From contig OZ024743.1 in NCBI GenBank assembly GCA_964016885.1, positions 251,472,001 through 251,536,000 of the forward strand: a DNA stretch of 64,000 bases, written 5' to 3'. Origin of the DNA: Eledone cirrhosa. Its lineage: Eukaryota. Under the pieces are notes generated by a model. It ran no database searches, was not told where the DNA came from, and saw nothing but the letters and a program-made list of their open reading frames with translations. Each line of letters opens with the position of its first letter. The first letter of the stretch is position 1. Below are positions 24,946 to 38,424 of this stretch, piece after piece. Made by a program: the position numbers and the translations under genes.

Positions 24946-25899
24946 AATATTGCCATTATCAACTCTAACATAGCCTGTATATATAAAAGAAAGTGTACAG
25001 TGGACTTGCGTTTTACACACATTTGTTCAAAGCATCTATATAACAGTGTCTTCATATCAATGCACATTGATATTTTGAAGGAGGCATATTTAATACAAGT
25101 AGATGGAATACTTTGATCAAATGAGAACTCACAATATATATTAGGCCCACATCTTATGTGGGTAATTGATTCCCCAACACCTTGCATTATTCAAACTATT
25201 ATTTAAAAGAACCTAAAGTGCCTATATACACCAATGTTTTGGAGAAGGCATATATAATATATTGAGTCAAAATCCTTTGAAAAACTGAGAATTCACTATA
25301 TACAGTGGGCCCAAATAATATGTCATCTATTGATTCCCAAGTTTGTCTGGATTATCAAGAGACCATGTAGGTTGAAGACCCTTATTTAGCTGGAGTTAGG
25401 AACTTTGTTTCAGATAATTTTATACGAGAAAATTATGTTTGAACATTTTTAGATATATATAAATGCTTTAAAATAAATAAATAGCTTAGTATCATAGAAC
25501 CAGAGACTGGATCAGACAGCTTGTTATCAAAATATGTATGTAGGTTCACTGTATTTTTATCTTAGAAATTGCAACTGGTTAAAACTTCTCAGGTGATAGA
25601 TATAATGAAATCTAACTAAAATTTGAAGAATATCTGGAATGGAATGTCAGTTACCTGCATCTGTATGGAAGTCTAAATTTTATGTTCAACAATTGCCAAA
25701 GCGACATGAGATTCTCTGTTCTGATAACATATACTCATGTGTGTTTTGATATGTTATCTAGTATATAACTTAGAAATCCCAATACATAGCATTTCAAACA
25801 GCTTGCACATTTTAGGACAGATGTGCTAATTTGAATTCTGCTCATATAAAAATTGATAACCTGTATATATTTATATATATATAATTGATAACTTTGTAT

Positions 25900-27685
25900 A
25901 TCATCATCATCATCACCATTTTACATCCGTTCTTCCACGCTAGCATGGGTTAGACGGGTTGTCCTGTTGTGGGCAATGTCCAGTCGGCTGACCTTGTCTT
26001 GCTCATACAGGAAATCATTTTGGCTTGATTTCTACAGCTGGATGCCCTTCCTAACACCAACCTCATTTACAGTGAGTGCTGGGTGCTTTTTTCCATGGCA
26101 CCTACACGTCCACTTTACAGTGTGGTCTGGGTGCTTTTTTATCATGACACTTCCACAACCACTTTGCAGTGGGAAGAGATGGGGCCATATTGTTTATATG
26201 CTTTAGCTTTGGCTTGTTCCCATGGGAAGTCAGGTTTTCTATATTACTGCGTGACACCAGAGGTCACAGTCGTATGTCATCGCCGTTGAGAGGTGCAATT
26301 GGGCAAGGTCGGCTTTTATCACCTCCTCCCACTCTGCGGTTTCCATCGACTTCTAGTGCTCTGCCCCTTTTTATGCAGCTGTCATCCTTCATGCACATCA
26401 CATGTCCAACAATGCACCCTCCTCTCCTGCACACAGTATTTGATTCCCCTGATGCTCAGTCTCTCTCTCAATTCATTTATGCTTCGTTGTTCACGTATAG
26501 TACTATTACACATCCATCAGAGCATGCAAGCTTTGCTTCTTTCTAATCTACACAAGTCTTCTACACACAGCGCCCAGGTCTCACTACCATGTAACATTGC
26601 TGTTCATATACACGGGAAAAGACTTTTGCAGCTAACAGTGGTAGTAGCTCCCTGAATTTCTTCTATCCTGTTCTTAGCCTGGTTACTGTACTTTCAGAAC
26701 ACCCACCTCCATTGCTAATTTGGTCACCCACGTACCAGAAGCTGTCTACTGTTGCTACAGAGCCCTCCCAGAGTTTGGTCGTGCTTGTTTCCTGTGGCCG
26801 TTTGCTGCTTACTGTCCCGGTGCAGCTACTACATGTAAAGCCTACATTCCTAACTAAGCTTCCTAAGATCCCACTACATTCTTGTGTACCCATTGTTTGC
26901 ATTTGAGGCAGAGGATGGAATTCCTACCTATACCTTTCCTACATACTGAGCAAGGCCATTTCCCTGAGGGGATCTGGGTTCTGTTTTCTAGTTTAGTTAT
27001 GAGGACCTTAGGCTTTGTCAGGTTTACTTTGTGACTCCTTCTTTCTAGTCCCTGCTTCCATGTTTGGAATTTCTTCTTCGGTTCCTAGTTTTCTAAGAGG
27101 CCACCAGATTATAGCACGGGGCACTCCGTTGAAGGCTTTTTCCAGATTGACAAATGGCAGGTAGAGTGGCTTAATTTTAGCTAAATTCTTTTCCTGTAAC
27201 TGCCTCACCAGGAAAAGAGCATCAGTGATGCTTTTTCCTAGCAGAAACCCAAGTTGCATCTCATCCAGTTTTACCCGGTCCCTAATCAACTGAGCTATAA
27301 CTCTTTCCGTTACTTTCATGGCCTGGTTCATCAGCTTTATACCTCTATAGTTTCATCTATCTAGTGCATCTCCTTTATCCTTGTAGCAGTTCACAATGAT
27401 GCTGCTGTGCCAATCCTTTGGTATGTTACCCTCTTGTATTACCTGGTTAACATTACGTCTGGTTATGGTGTGACCTACCGACGCAGATGCTTTCAGCATC
27501 TCGGCAGCTATACCCGATGGGTCGGTTGCCTTCCCAGTCTTCATATCTTTAATTGCCTTACTTACTATGCTGCTACTGACTTGCATTGCTGGTCCCTCTA
27601 TAGGGTCCACTTGTGGTAGAGTCTCTTTCTCCTATGCATTCTCCTCCTTTAGTAATCTTTCATAATGTCTCTTCCACACAGTCTT
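25900..27685 (-). mobile_element. 5'-truncated, internally deleted RTE LINE (subfamily A-like)
   Basis: ORF fragments 27353-27610, 27008-27331 and 26663-26902 match subfamily A; the YADD region is deleted near 27080; (GAT)n tail. Confidence 0.9.
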
Positions 27686-27721
27686 TCTTCTGATGAAGGA
27701 CTAGCATCTGAAATGTTAAGA
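27686..27721 (+). ncRNA. Degenerate minimal type I hammerhead motif in a short PLE-like end (27686-27806)
   Basis: UCUU-CUGAUGA-AGGACUAGCAUCU-GAAA-UGU-UA-AGA. Three CpG-type transitions would restore GGAC/GUCC and GAAACGUUA. Confidence 0.55.
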
Positions 27722-27835
27722 CCCTCTTCCTGCTATATCAAGCGTTAACCTAATATATCCCTGCCATATACTGTACCGATTGTGTTGTTATTTCTGTTTA
27801 TCTTTTACACACAGACACACACACAACACACACAT

Positions 27836-27867
<32 letters not shown>

Positions 27868-27869
<2 letters not shown>

Positions 27870-28065
27870 CATCATCATCTTTGTTTTTAATGTCCATTCT
27901 CCCACTGTGATTTTCTGCAATTTGAGATCACCATTCACCACATATTTGCAGATCTTCCTCAGTGTTCCTCTAGTGTGACTTCCTTCCACTGGAATTTTTT
28001 GACACTTCTTCACTCAGTGATCACAATCCATGTGTAATACCAAAGCAGTCTTCTCTCTTGTAGAA
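27868..28065 (-). mobile_element. Short degenerate 3' end of RTE subfamily D
   Basis: KKCQKIPVEG matches KKCQEIPVEG in 59699-60121; (GAT)n tail. Confidence 0.7.
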
Positions 28066-28136
28066 CCCTTCTCCACTGCCAATTAAATCACCTACATAGC
28101 AGAAGCAAGCAACCATATGTATCGATCCTATATATA

Positions 28137-30473
28137 TCATCATCATCATCATCATCATCATCACCGTTTTACGTCTGTTCTTCCACGCTAGCATGGGTTA
28201 GACGGGTTGTCCTGTTGTGGGCAGTGTCTGGTCGGCTGACCATGCCTTGCTCATACAGGAACTGATTTGGCTTGATTTCTACAGCTGGATGCCCTTCCTA
28301 ACACCAACCTCATTTACAGTGAGTGCTGGGCGTTTTTTCGTGGCGCCTACACGTTCACTTTACAGTGTGGTCTGGGTGCTTTTTTGCCGTGGCACCTCCA
28401 CGACCACCTTGCGGTGGGAGGTGTGGGGGCATATTGTCTATATGCTTCAGCTTGTACCCATGGGAGGTCGGGTACTCTGTATTACTGCGTGACGCCAGAA
28501 GTCACGGTTGTGTGTCATTGCCTGTGAGAGGTGTAATTGGGTAAGGTCGGCTTTTATCACCTCATCCCAGGTCATCTTGGGTCTCCCCACTCCGCAGTTT
28601 CCATCAACTTCTAGTGCTCTGCACCTTTTTATGCAGCTGTCATCCTTCATACGCATCACATGTCCATACCAGCGCAACCGCCTCTCCTGCACACAGCATT
28701 TGATTCCTCTTATGCTCAGTCTCTCTCTCAATTCATTTATGCTTTGTCGTTCACGTATATTACTGTTACACATCCATCCGAGCATGCAGGCTTCGTTTCT
28801 CTCTAATCTACATAAGTCTTCCACCTTCAGCGCCCAGGTCTCGCTACCATGCAACATCGCTGTTCGGATACACGCATCATACAGTCTGCCTTTCATTCTG
28901 AGGGAGAAGCCTTTTGCAGCTAGCAGTTGTAGTAGTTCCCTAAACTTCTTCCATCCCGTTCTTACTTTCTAAACACCCACCTCCGCTGCTAATTCGGTCA
29001 CCTAGGTAGCAGAAGCTGTCTACTGTTTCTACAGAGCCCTCCCAGAGATTGGTGGTACTTGTTTCCTGTGGCTGTTTGCTGCTTGCTGTCTCAGCACAGC
29101 TGCTGCATGTGAATCCTACATTCTTAATTAAGCTTCCTGAGATCCCGCTACATCTCTTGTGTACCCATTGTTTGCATTTGGGGCAGAGAATGGAGTTCCT
29201 ACCTACACCTTTCCTACATACTGAGCAAGGCCATTTCCCTGAGAGGATCTGGGTTCTATTTTCTCGTCTACTTACAAGGACCTTAGTCTTTGTCATGTTG
29301 ACTTTGAGACGCTTTCTTTCTAGTCCCTGCTTCCAAGTTTGGAATTTATTCTCTAGTTCTACCATAGATTCAGCTATGAGTGCGAGGTCATCAGCATACA
29401 GGAGTTCCCATGGGCATCCGGTCTTAAACTACTCCGTTATTGCCTGCAGGACTATGATGAACAGGAGAGGGCTAAGAACAGAGCCCTGGTGGACCCCAAC
29501 CTGTACGCTAAATTCCTCGCTATACTCATTGCTAATCCTAACTTTGCTGACTGCTCCCCTATACATGGCTTGTACAGCTTTCACAAGCCATTCATCTACT
29601 CCTAGTTTTCTAAGAGCCCACCAGATTACAGTACGTGGAACTCTGTCAAAGGCTTTCTCAAGGTCGACAAATGCCAGATAGAGTGGCTTACTTTTAGCTA
29701 GGTACTTTTCCTGTAATTGCCTCACAAGGAAGAGGGCATCAGTGCTGCCTCTTCCTGGTACAAACCCAAATTGCATCTCATCTATTTTCACCCGGTCCCT
29801 AATCAGCTGTGCTATAACTCTTTCTGTTACTTTCATGACCTGGTCCATCAACTTTATACCTCTATAGTTTCCTCTATCTAGTGCATTGCCTTTACCTTTG
29901 TAGCAGTTGACAATGATGCTACTGCACCAATCTTTTGGTATGGCACCTTCTAGTATTACCTGGCTAACGATACGTGTGGTTATAGTGTGACCTACAGACC
30001 CAGATGCCTTCAGCATCTCGGCAGCTATACCCGATGGACCGGTTGCCTTCCCCATCTTCATAACTTTGATTGCCTTACTTACTACGCTGCTGCTGACTTG
30101 TACTGCTGGTCCCTCTATAGGGTCTACTTGGTGTAGGGTCTCTTCTTCCCATGGATTCTCCTCATTTAGTAATCTATCATAATGACTCTTCCAGCACTTG
30201 TGAGGGCAAGCTCACCTTTATCATTCCAGATACACTTCTCTCCAATGACATCACAACTATCTCTGACACACTGCCTCGCAATCTTGAATACCTCCTGTTT
30301 CTGGTCCTCACGTTGCAAAACATGCTTGAATTTTCTATCCACTGCTTCCCTCCTAGCTAAGTATACTTGTTGCCTAGATTCCCTCTTGGTCTCTATGTAA
30401 TGTACCCTGCTCCCCCTGTTCTTCCATTCTTTCCATGCCTGTCTCTTGGCCTTAACTGCTTCATATACCTTAT
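28137..30473 (-). mobile_element. 5'-truncated RTE LINE, subfamily A (longest copy)
   Basis: ORFs 30166-30555, 29429-30061, 28940-29365 and 28447-28896 cover linker, RT, PHD-like finger and C-terminus with few lesions. Both ends lie in TA repeats. Confidence 0.95.
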
Positions 30474-30537
30474 TTTTATATATATATATATACATATATA
30501 TATATACACAGCTAGCAGTGGCATACATATATATACA

Positions 30538-32327
30538 TATCATCATCATCATCAACGTTTAACGTCCATGTTCCACGCTTGCATGGGTTTGGACGGGCGT
30601 TTTCCCACTTGAGGCAAGAGTGTTTGTCTTGCTCGCATAGGACTATCTGGCGGGTTTTCTACAGCTGGATGCCCTTCCTAACACCAACCACATTTACAGT
30701 GTGGGGCTGGGAGGTTTTTACCGTGTTGCCTACACGGCCACATTACAGCGTGGACTGTCTGGCAGGTTTTCTGCAGCTGGATGCCCTTCCTAACACCAAC
30801 CACATTTACAGTGTGGGGCTGGGAGATTTTTACCGTGTTGCCTACACGACCACATTACAGCGTGGACTGTCTCTACACGATCTCATTTGTTTCGGCCTGG
30901 ATGTTGTGGCACCAACATAACTTTACATTGAAGGGGCGGTGTGGATGGGGTGGAGGGTTGGGGGTATTTTGTTAGAGATGCCTACTGGCTGTAGTAGGTT
31001 TTACTTTGTATTTAGGTAAGGCAGGTCTTCTCTATTACAGAGTACCGCCAAAGGTCTCGGTCCAGTGACATTGTCTTGGAGAGGTGTAAGTGTGTGAGGT
31101 CAGAATTTATCAGCTCGTCCCAGGTTTTTCTGGGTCTGCCTACTCCGTAGCTACCGTCTATCTTTATTGCCCTGCACTTTGTTATACAGCTGTCGTCTTT
31201 CATGCGCATCACGTGACCATACCAACATAGCCTTCTCTCGAGTAAACAACATCTGATCCCTCTTATTTCTAATTTTTTCCTTAGTTCGCTTATGCTTTGC
31301 CGTTCACGTATGTTACTATTACACATCCAGCGGAGCATGCAAGCTTCGTTCCTCTCTAGTCTGCGTATATCTTCTGCACACAATGCCCAGGTCTCACTGC
31401 CATGCAACATTGCTGTTCGTATGCAGGCATCATACAACCTGCCTTTCATTCTTAGGGAGAACCCTTTAGCGGCTAATAGTGGTATAAGCTCTCTGAACTT
31501 TTTCCAACCAGTTCTGACTCTAGCTACTGTACTTTCAGAGCACCCTCCCCCACTGCTGATTTTGTCGCCCAGGTAACGGAAGCTGTCCACTATTTCTATA
31601 GAACCCTCTGCGCAATTGAAAGAGCTAGTATTTTGTGGGCACTTGCTGCTACTTATTACACCAGAGCACCGGCCACATGTAAAATCTATGTTCTTAGTTA
31701 GCTTACCTGTGATCCCACTACATCTTTTATGCACCCATACTTTGCATTTGGGACATAAAATGGAATTTCTACCTACGCCTTTCCTACACACTAAGCATGG
31801 CCATTTCCCGGAAGGGACCGGCGCCTTATTTTCTTTCCTACAAACTAGAACTTTAGTCTTAGCCAGGTTAATTTTAAGGCCTTTTGATTCTAGGCCGTGC
31901 TTCCATGTTTGGAATTTCTTCTCTAGCTCGGCCATTGATTCAGCTATGAGCGTTAGATCATCTGCGTATAGGAGTTCCCATGGGCAGCCGGTCTTGAACT
32001 CCTCTGTTATAGCCTGAAGGGCAATAATAAATAGGAGGAGGCTAAGAACAGAGCCCTGATGGACACCAACTTTTACGCTAAACTCTTCACTATATTCGTT
32101 GTTAATTCTAACCTTGCTGACTGTTTCTTTATACATGGCTTGTATAGCTCTGACAAGCCATTCGTCAACACCTAGTTTTCTAAGAGCCCACCAGATAATG
32201 GAACGGGGGCTCTGTCGAAGGCTTTCTCCAAGTCAACAAAAGCTAAGTATAGGGGTTTACTTTTAGCTAGGTACTTCTGTAGTTGTCGTACAATGAAAAG
32301 AGCGTCTGTGGTACTTTTGCCTGACAC
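30538..32327 (-). mobile_element. 5'-truncated RTE LINE, subfamily B
   Basis: ORF 31012-32136 (VHQGSVLS, YADD, PHD-like finger); 3' UTR with a tandem duplication of about 120 bp; (GAT)n tail. Confidence 0.95.
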
Positions 32328-32345
32328 ATATATATATATATATAT

Positions 32346-32628
32346 GCCCCACACCCTCCCGCTGCAAAGTGGTCGTGGAGGTGCCACTGCAAAAAAGCAC
32401 CCAGCACACACTGTAAAGTGGACGTGTAGGTGCCATGGAAAAAAAGCACCCAGCACTCACTGTAAATGAGGTTGGTTTTAGGAAGGGCATCCAGCTGTAA
32501 AAATCAAGCCAGAATCAGTTCCCATATGAGCAAGACATGGTCAGCCGACTGGCTACTGCCCACAACAGGACAACCCGTCTAACCCATGCTAGCGTGGAAG
32601 AACGGATGTAAAACTATGATGATGATGA
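32346..32628 (+). mobile_element. Isolated 3' UTR of RTE subfamily A
   Basis: Reverse complement of 4020-4295-type sequence, ending in (GAT)n. Confidence 0.85.
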
Positions 32629-33136
32629 TAAGAGAGAGAGAGAAAGAAAGAGAGAGTGAAGAACATGGCTGTATCTGTAAAATATTCCTTGACATGAAAA
32701 ATATATAGCAGGCTTCCAGAATAGAAAAGATTAACAATTTAAAATTTTGTCTATTCTGTGCTTTCACATGTTCCAAATTCATTATTCTCTTTGCAGTAGT
32801 TCCTGTTAATTAATTATTATTTTAATTATTAAATCTCAATTTTGTTAATGAGAAACAGGTTAATGTTGATTGTGTTTCTGGTTTGTTCCTAAACACATCT
32901 ATAATTTTTATTGTTATATGTGAGGAGTAGAAGCAATTCTTGTAATCTTTCTTGATGCTTGTAGCCTGATGACATTCGTCTTCTTGAGTAGGTTTTAATT
33001 TTAATTTTATTATGTTATAATGCTTTTGGTGGTTTCTGGTTTTGGTTTAGAGTTTAATTTTTTGTTTTGAGTTACAGGATCTTGTTGATTAGATGTTGCC
33101 ATATATATGCAAAGATAAATTAATGTGAATCATAAT

Positions 33137-33307
33137 AAATAATTGTTTCTACTTTTGGCACAAGGCCAGCAACTGCCCAGTGTATTACTGGTACTTTATT
33201 TTATCGACCCCGTAAGGATGAAAGGCAAAGTTAACCTCGGCGGGATTTGAACTCAGAATGGCAAGGGGCATATATCTATGCGTTCGACCCTCTACCGATA
33301 CTGCCAA
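33137..33307 (-). mobile_element. tRNA-derived SINE (main family)
   Basis: Consensus match. Confidence 0.85.
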
Positions 33308-33660
33308 TAAATAATAATAATGAAAATATTGTGAACAGTGCTCAGGTGCAGTACAACTCATCAAAAAGTGTATGTATAGTACATAGGGTAATGTACAAAT
33401 GTCAGGAAAATGAACAGTGCATGAGTCATGATATACACATGTGTGCATGTGTATGGAAGGGGTACATCAGGTGTAGTTTTGGCGAATTTCAGGAAGCATG
33501 AGTGTCTTAAAGGATGCAGTGTCTCGGCAGCTAACAACTGACACAGGCAGTTTGTTCCATGCTTCAGCAACTCTAAGCGTAAAAAAATGTTTCCGAAAGT
33601 CATGGGAGCTGTGCTGTTTTCTGATTTTGTAGGCATGTCCACGTGTGTTAGACACATGGA
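33308..33660 (-). mobile_element. CR1-clade LINE 3' fragment
   Basis: ORF 33467-33655 TRGHAYKIRKQHSSHDFRKHFFTLRVAEAWNKLP. Confidence 0.88.
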
Positions 33661-34426
33661 GATAAAAAAAATGAAAAACTGACTCGCCTATTTTATATCT
33701 GAGAAATGTTCAGAAATCTTAACCCTGTGTATAAGTCAAGGCAATTAATCATTGCATAATGTTTAGATGGCACAGTTTTGAAATTGTCGAGTAGAGAATG
33801 TATTTATGAAGTTTAATATTTTCATATTTAGAATGTTTTAAGTGTTGTTTAAAAAGTAGTTTTTGTTTCGGGACTCCATTACATAATGATTTTTTTACCA
33901 ATGTCCAACCATTTTGAAAGCCATATTCATTCAAAATACATCAAAAACGAATTTCACGCCAAAAGTGAAACTAATATAAGATTTTCCTCCAACACGAAAA
34001 TATTTTACCAACTCAATTACACAGAATTTTGAAATTAGTGAAAATTGAATATAAGCCGACCTCCATTTTATCATCATTTATTTTTTTTGTCGAATATTTC
34101 TTGGCTTAAATACAAGTATATATGGTAAGTATTTTGGTGGAGGATTTTGTTTGTAGTGGGCATTTGATTTGTAAAATCTGTTTTTTTTTAAATTGGACAA
34201 TTGTATTTATATGGTGTGTCTTGAGTTGATTAGATTTTTTAGTTTGAGTAGGGTTATGTAATAAATGTATATATACACACATGCACACACACTCACTCAC
34301 ATATACACACACATTCACACACACACATGTGCTGTCTGGACTCTATAAATATATTCTGTAGTACAATATTGAAACACATCACTGTTATCACAACAGTAAT
34401 TTATCAATTAAATTAGCTGCCATGGT

Positions 34427-35797
34427 ATCATCATCATCATCATCATCATCACCGTTTTACGTCCATTCTTCCATGCTAGCATGGGTTAGACGGGTTGTCC
34501 TGTTGTGGGCAGTGTCTGGTCGGCTGACCATGCCTTGCTCATACAGGAACTGATTTTGGCTTGATTTCTACAGCTGGATGCCTTTCCTAACACCAACCTC
34601 ATTTACAGTGAGTGCTGGGTGCTTTTTCCGTGGCACCTACACGTCCACTTTACAGTGTGGGCTGGGTGCTTTTTTGCCGTGGCACCTCCACGACCACTTT
34701 GCAGTGGGGGGCGTGGGGGCATATTGTCTATATGCTTCAGTTTGTACCCATGGGAGGTCGGGTATTCTGTATTACTGCGTGACGCCAGAGGTCACGGTCG
34801 TGTGTCATCGCCTTTGAGAGGTGTAATTGGGTAAGGTCGGCTTTTATCACCTCATCCCAGGTCTTCTTGGGTCTCCCCACTCCGCGGTTTCCATTGACTT
34901 CTAGTGCTCTGCACCATTTTATGCAGCTGTCATCTTTCATACGCATCATATGTCCATACCAACGCACATGCCTCTCCTGCACACAGTATTTGATTCCTTT
35001 TATGCTCAGTCTCTCTCTCAATTCATTTATGCTTTTCTGTTCGTGTATATTACTATTACACATCCATCGGAGCATGCAGGCTTCGTTTCTCTCTAATCTA
35101 CGCAAGTCTTCCACCTTCAGCGCCCAGGTCTCACTACCATGTAACATTGCTGTTCGGATACACGCATCATACAGTCTGCCTTTTGCAGCTAGCAGTGGTA
35201 GTAGTTCCCTAAACTTCTTCCATCCCGTTCTTACCCTAGTTATTGTACTTTCTAAACACCCACCTCCGCTTCTAATTCGGTCACCTAGGTAGCAGAAGCT
35301 GTCTACTGTTTCTACAGAGCCCTCCCAGAGATTGGTGGTACTTGTTTCCTGTGGCTGTTTTCTGCTTGCTGTCCCAGCACAGCTGCTACATGTGAAGCCT
35401 ACATTCTTTATTAAGCTTCCTGAGATCCCGCTACATCTCTTGTCTACCCATTGTTTGCATTTGGGGCAGAGAATGGAGTTCCTACCTACACCTTTCCTAC
35501 ATACTGAGCAAGGCGATTTCCCTGAGAGGATCTGGGTTCTGTTTTCTCGTCTACTTACAAGGACCTTAGTCTTTGTCATGTTGACTTTGAGACCCTTTCT
35601 TTCTAGTCCCTGCTTCCAAGTTTGGAATTTCTTCTCTAGTTCTACTATAGATTCAGCTATAAGTGTGAGGTCATCTGCATACAGGAGTTCCCATGGGCAT
35701 CCGGTCTTAAACTCCTCCGTTATTGCCTGCAGGACTATGATGAACAGGAGAGGGCTAAGAACAGAGCCCTGGTGGACACCAACCTGTATGCTAAATG
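34427..35797 (-). mobile_element. 5'-truncated RTE LINE, subfamily A
   Basis: ORF 34737-35579 plus upstream YADD region; (GAT)n tail. Confidence 0.95.
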
Positions 35798-36042
35798 TAT
35801 TTGTTATATAATTAAATCTAATTTTCTTAATCTTTAATAATCATGGATTTATAAATGTACATATGTATATACAGATAGTGAGGTTATACAGTCACCAATG
35901 AAATCCCATAATAACATCAAAAAACGTTTTACTGACCCTTCTATTTCTGTACCTAAATATATTTTATATACTGACAAGAATTTTGTATCTATCTATACAT
36001 AATGTCAGATATAAATCTCTATATATTCTGAGGTACAGGGTA

Positions 36043-36072
36043 AATATATATATATATATATATATATGTGTG

Positions 36073-36167
<95 letters not shown>

Positions 36168-36177
36168 ATATATATAT
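36043..36177. repeat. (TA)n microsatellite
   Basis: Directly visible. Confidence 0.95.
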
Positions 36178-38207
36178 CATCATCATCATCATCATCATCA
36201 GGTTTAGCGTCCGTGTTCCACGCTTGCATGGGTTTGGACGGGGGTTTTCCCACTTGAGGCAAGAGTGGTTGTCTTGCTCGCATAGGACTGTCTGGCGGGT
36301 TTTCTACAGTTGGATGCCCTTCCTAACACCAACCACATTTACAGTGTGGGGCTGGGAGGTTTTTACCGTGTTGCCTACACGGCCACATTACAGCGTGGAC
36401 TGTCTGGCGGGTTTTCTACAGCTGGATGCCCTTCCTAACACCAACCACATTTACAGTGTGGGGCTGGGAGGTTTTTACCGTGTTGCCTACACGGCCACAT
36501 TTACAGCGTGGACTGTGTGTTTTTTGTCGTGACACCTACACGATCTCATTTGTTTCGGCCTGGATGTTGTGGGACCAACATAACTTTACATTGAAAGGGG
36601 CGGTGTGGGTGGGGTGGAGGGTGGTGGGACGGGGGTGTGTTTTGATAGAGATGCCTACTGACTGTAGTAGGTTTTTACTTTGTATTTAGGTAAGGCGGGT
36701 CTTCTCTATTACTGAGTACCGCCAAAGGTCTCGGTCCAGTGACATTGTCTTGGAGAGGTGTAAGCGTGTGAGGTCGGAATTTATCAGCTCGTCCCATGTT
36801 TTTCTGGGTCTGCCTACTCCGTGGCTACCGCCTATCTTTATTGCCCTGCACTTTGTTATACAGCTGTCATCTTTCATGCGCATCACGTGACCGTACCAAC
36901 GTAGCCTTCTCTCGAGTAAACAACATCTGATCCCTCTTATTTCTAATTTTTTCCTTAGTTCGTTTATGCTTTGCCGTTCACGTATATTACTATTGCACAT
37001 CCAGCGGAGCATGCAAGCTTCGTTCCTCTCTAGTCTGCGTATATCCTCTGCACACAATGCCCAGGTCTCACTGCCATGCAGCATTGCTGTTCGTATGCAG
37101 GCATCGTATAACCTGCCTTTCATTTTTAGGGAGAACCCTCTAGCGGCTAATAGTGGTATAAGCTCTCTGAACTTTTTCCATCCAGTTCTGACTCTAGCTA
37201 CTGTACTTTCAGAGCACCCTCCCCCACTGCTGATTTTGTCACCCAGATAACGGAAGCTGTCCACTATTTCTATAGAACCCTCTGCGCAGTTGAAGGAGCT
37301 AGTATTTTGTGGGCACTTGCTGCTACTTATTGCACCAGAGCACCGGCCACATGTAAAATCTATGTTCTTAGTTAGCTTACCTGTGATCCCACTACATCTT
37401 TTATGCACCCATACTTTGCATTTGGGACATAAAATGGAGTTTCTACCTACGCCTTTCCTACACACTGAGCATGGCCATTTCCCCGATGGGACCGCCGCCT
37501 TATTTTCTTTCCTACAAACTAGAACTTTAGTCTTAGCCAGGTTAATTTTAAGGCCTTTTGATTCTAGGCCGTGCTTCCACGTTTGGAATTTCTTCTCTAG
37601 TTCGGTCATTGATTCAGCTATGAGCGTTAGATCATCTGCGTATAGGAGTTCCCATGGGCAGCCGGTCTTGAACTCCTCTGTTATAGCCTGAAGGGCAATA
37701 ATAAATAGTAGGGGGCTAAGAACAGAGCCCTGATGGACACCAACTTTTACGCTAAACTCTTCACTATATTCGTTGTTAATTCTAACCTTACTGACTGTTT
37801 CTTTATACATGGCTTGTATAGCTCTCACAAGCCATTCGTCAACACCTAGTTTTCTAAGAGACCACCAGATAATGGAACGGGGGACTCTGTCGAAGGCTTT
37901 CTCCAAGTCGACGAAAGCTAAGTATAGGGGTTTACTTTTAGCTAGGTACTTCTCCTGTAGTTGTCGTACAATGAAAAGAGCGTCTGTGGTACTTTTGCCT
38001 GACACAAACCCGAACTGCATTTCATCTAGATCAATTCTCTCTCTGATTAGTTGCGCTATTACTTTTTCCGTGACCTTCATGACCTGGTCGATTAATTTAA
38101 TGCCTCTATAGTTACTCCTATCTAGGGCATCTCCTTTTCCCTTATAGCAGTTAACGATGATGCTGCTACGCCATTCCTTCGGAACAACCCCATTCTGTAC
38201 GACTTGG

Positions 38208-38208
<1 letters not shown>
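36177..38208 (-). mobile_element. 5'-truncated RTE LINE, subfamily B, with about 500 uninterrupted codons (36686-38208)
   Basis: Open frame from NQVVQNG through NYRGIKL, FVDLEKAFDRV, QGSVLSP, YADD and the PHD-like finger to the stop. Flanked by (TA)n on both sides. Confidence 0.95.
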
Positions 38209-38259
<51 letters not shown>

Positions 38260-38291
38260 AGATCAAAAGATGGTTAAAGGAGTTCCATGTA

Positions 38292-38358
38292 TTTTATTAT
38301 GCGCATTTCAAAAACAAACATCATCATGCAATAATATTTGTGTTTTCATCAGATAAAA
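38292..38358 (-). ncRNA. Type I hammerhead ribozyme motif
   Basis: UUUUAU-CUGAUGA-[36-nt hairpin CAAAUAUUAUU/GAUGAUGUUUG]-GAAA-UGCGCA-UA-AUAAAA; palindromic stem III. Confidence 0.8.
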
Positions 38359-38424
38359 CAGGAGAACATGATATGAAGGCTAAAAAACACTTGTGGATAG
38401 TGCAGTTTTAAATCAACATATGTG

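Noticed and set aside
24656-25187. Poly-His, Met/Val and Asp/Gly ORFs
   Set aside because: All frames of a (CAT/CAC)n repeat are open by construction.
38209-38266. N-terminus of the 526-aa ORF (and 45047-45168 of the 333-aa ORF)
   Set aside because: Read-through into flanking (TA)n; the LINE copies are 5'-truncated and have no native start.
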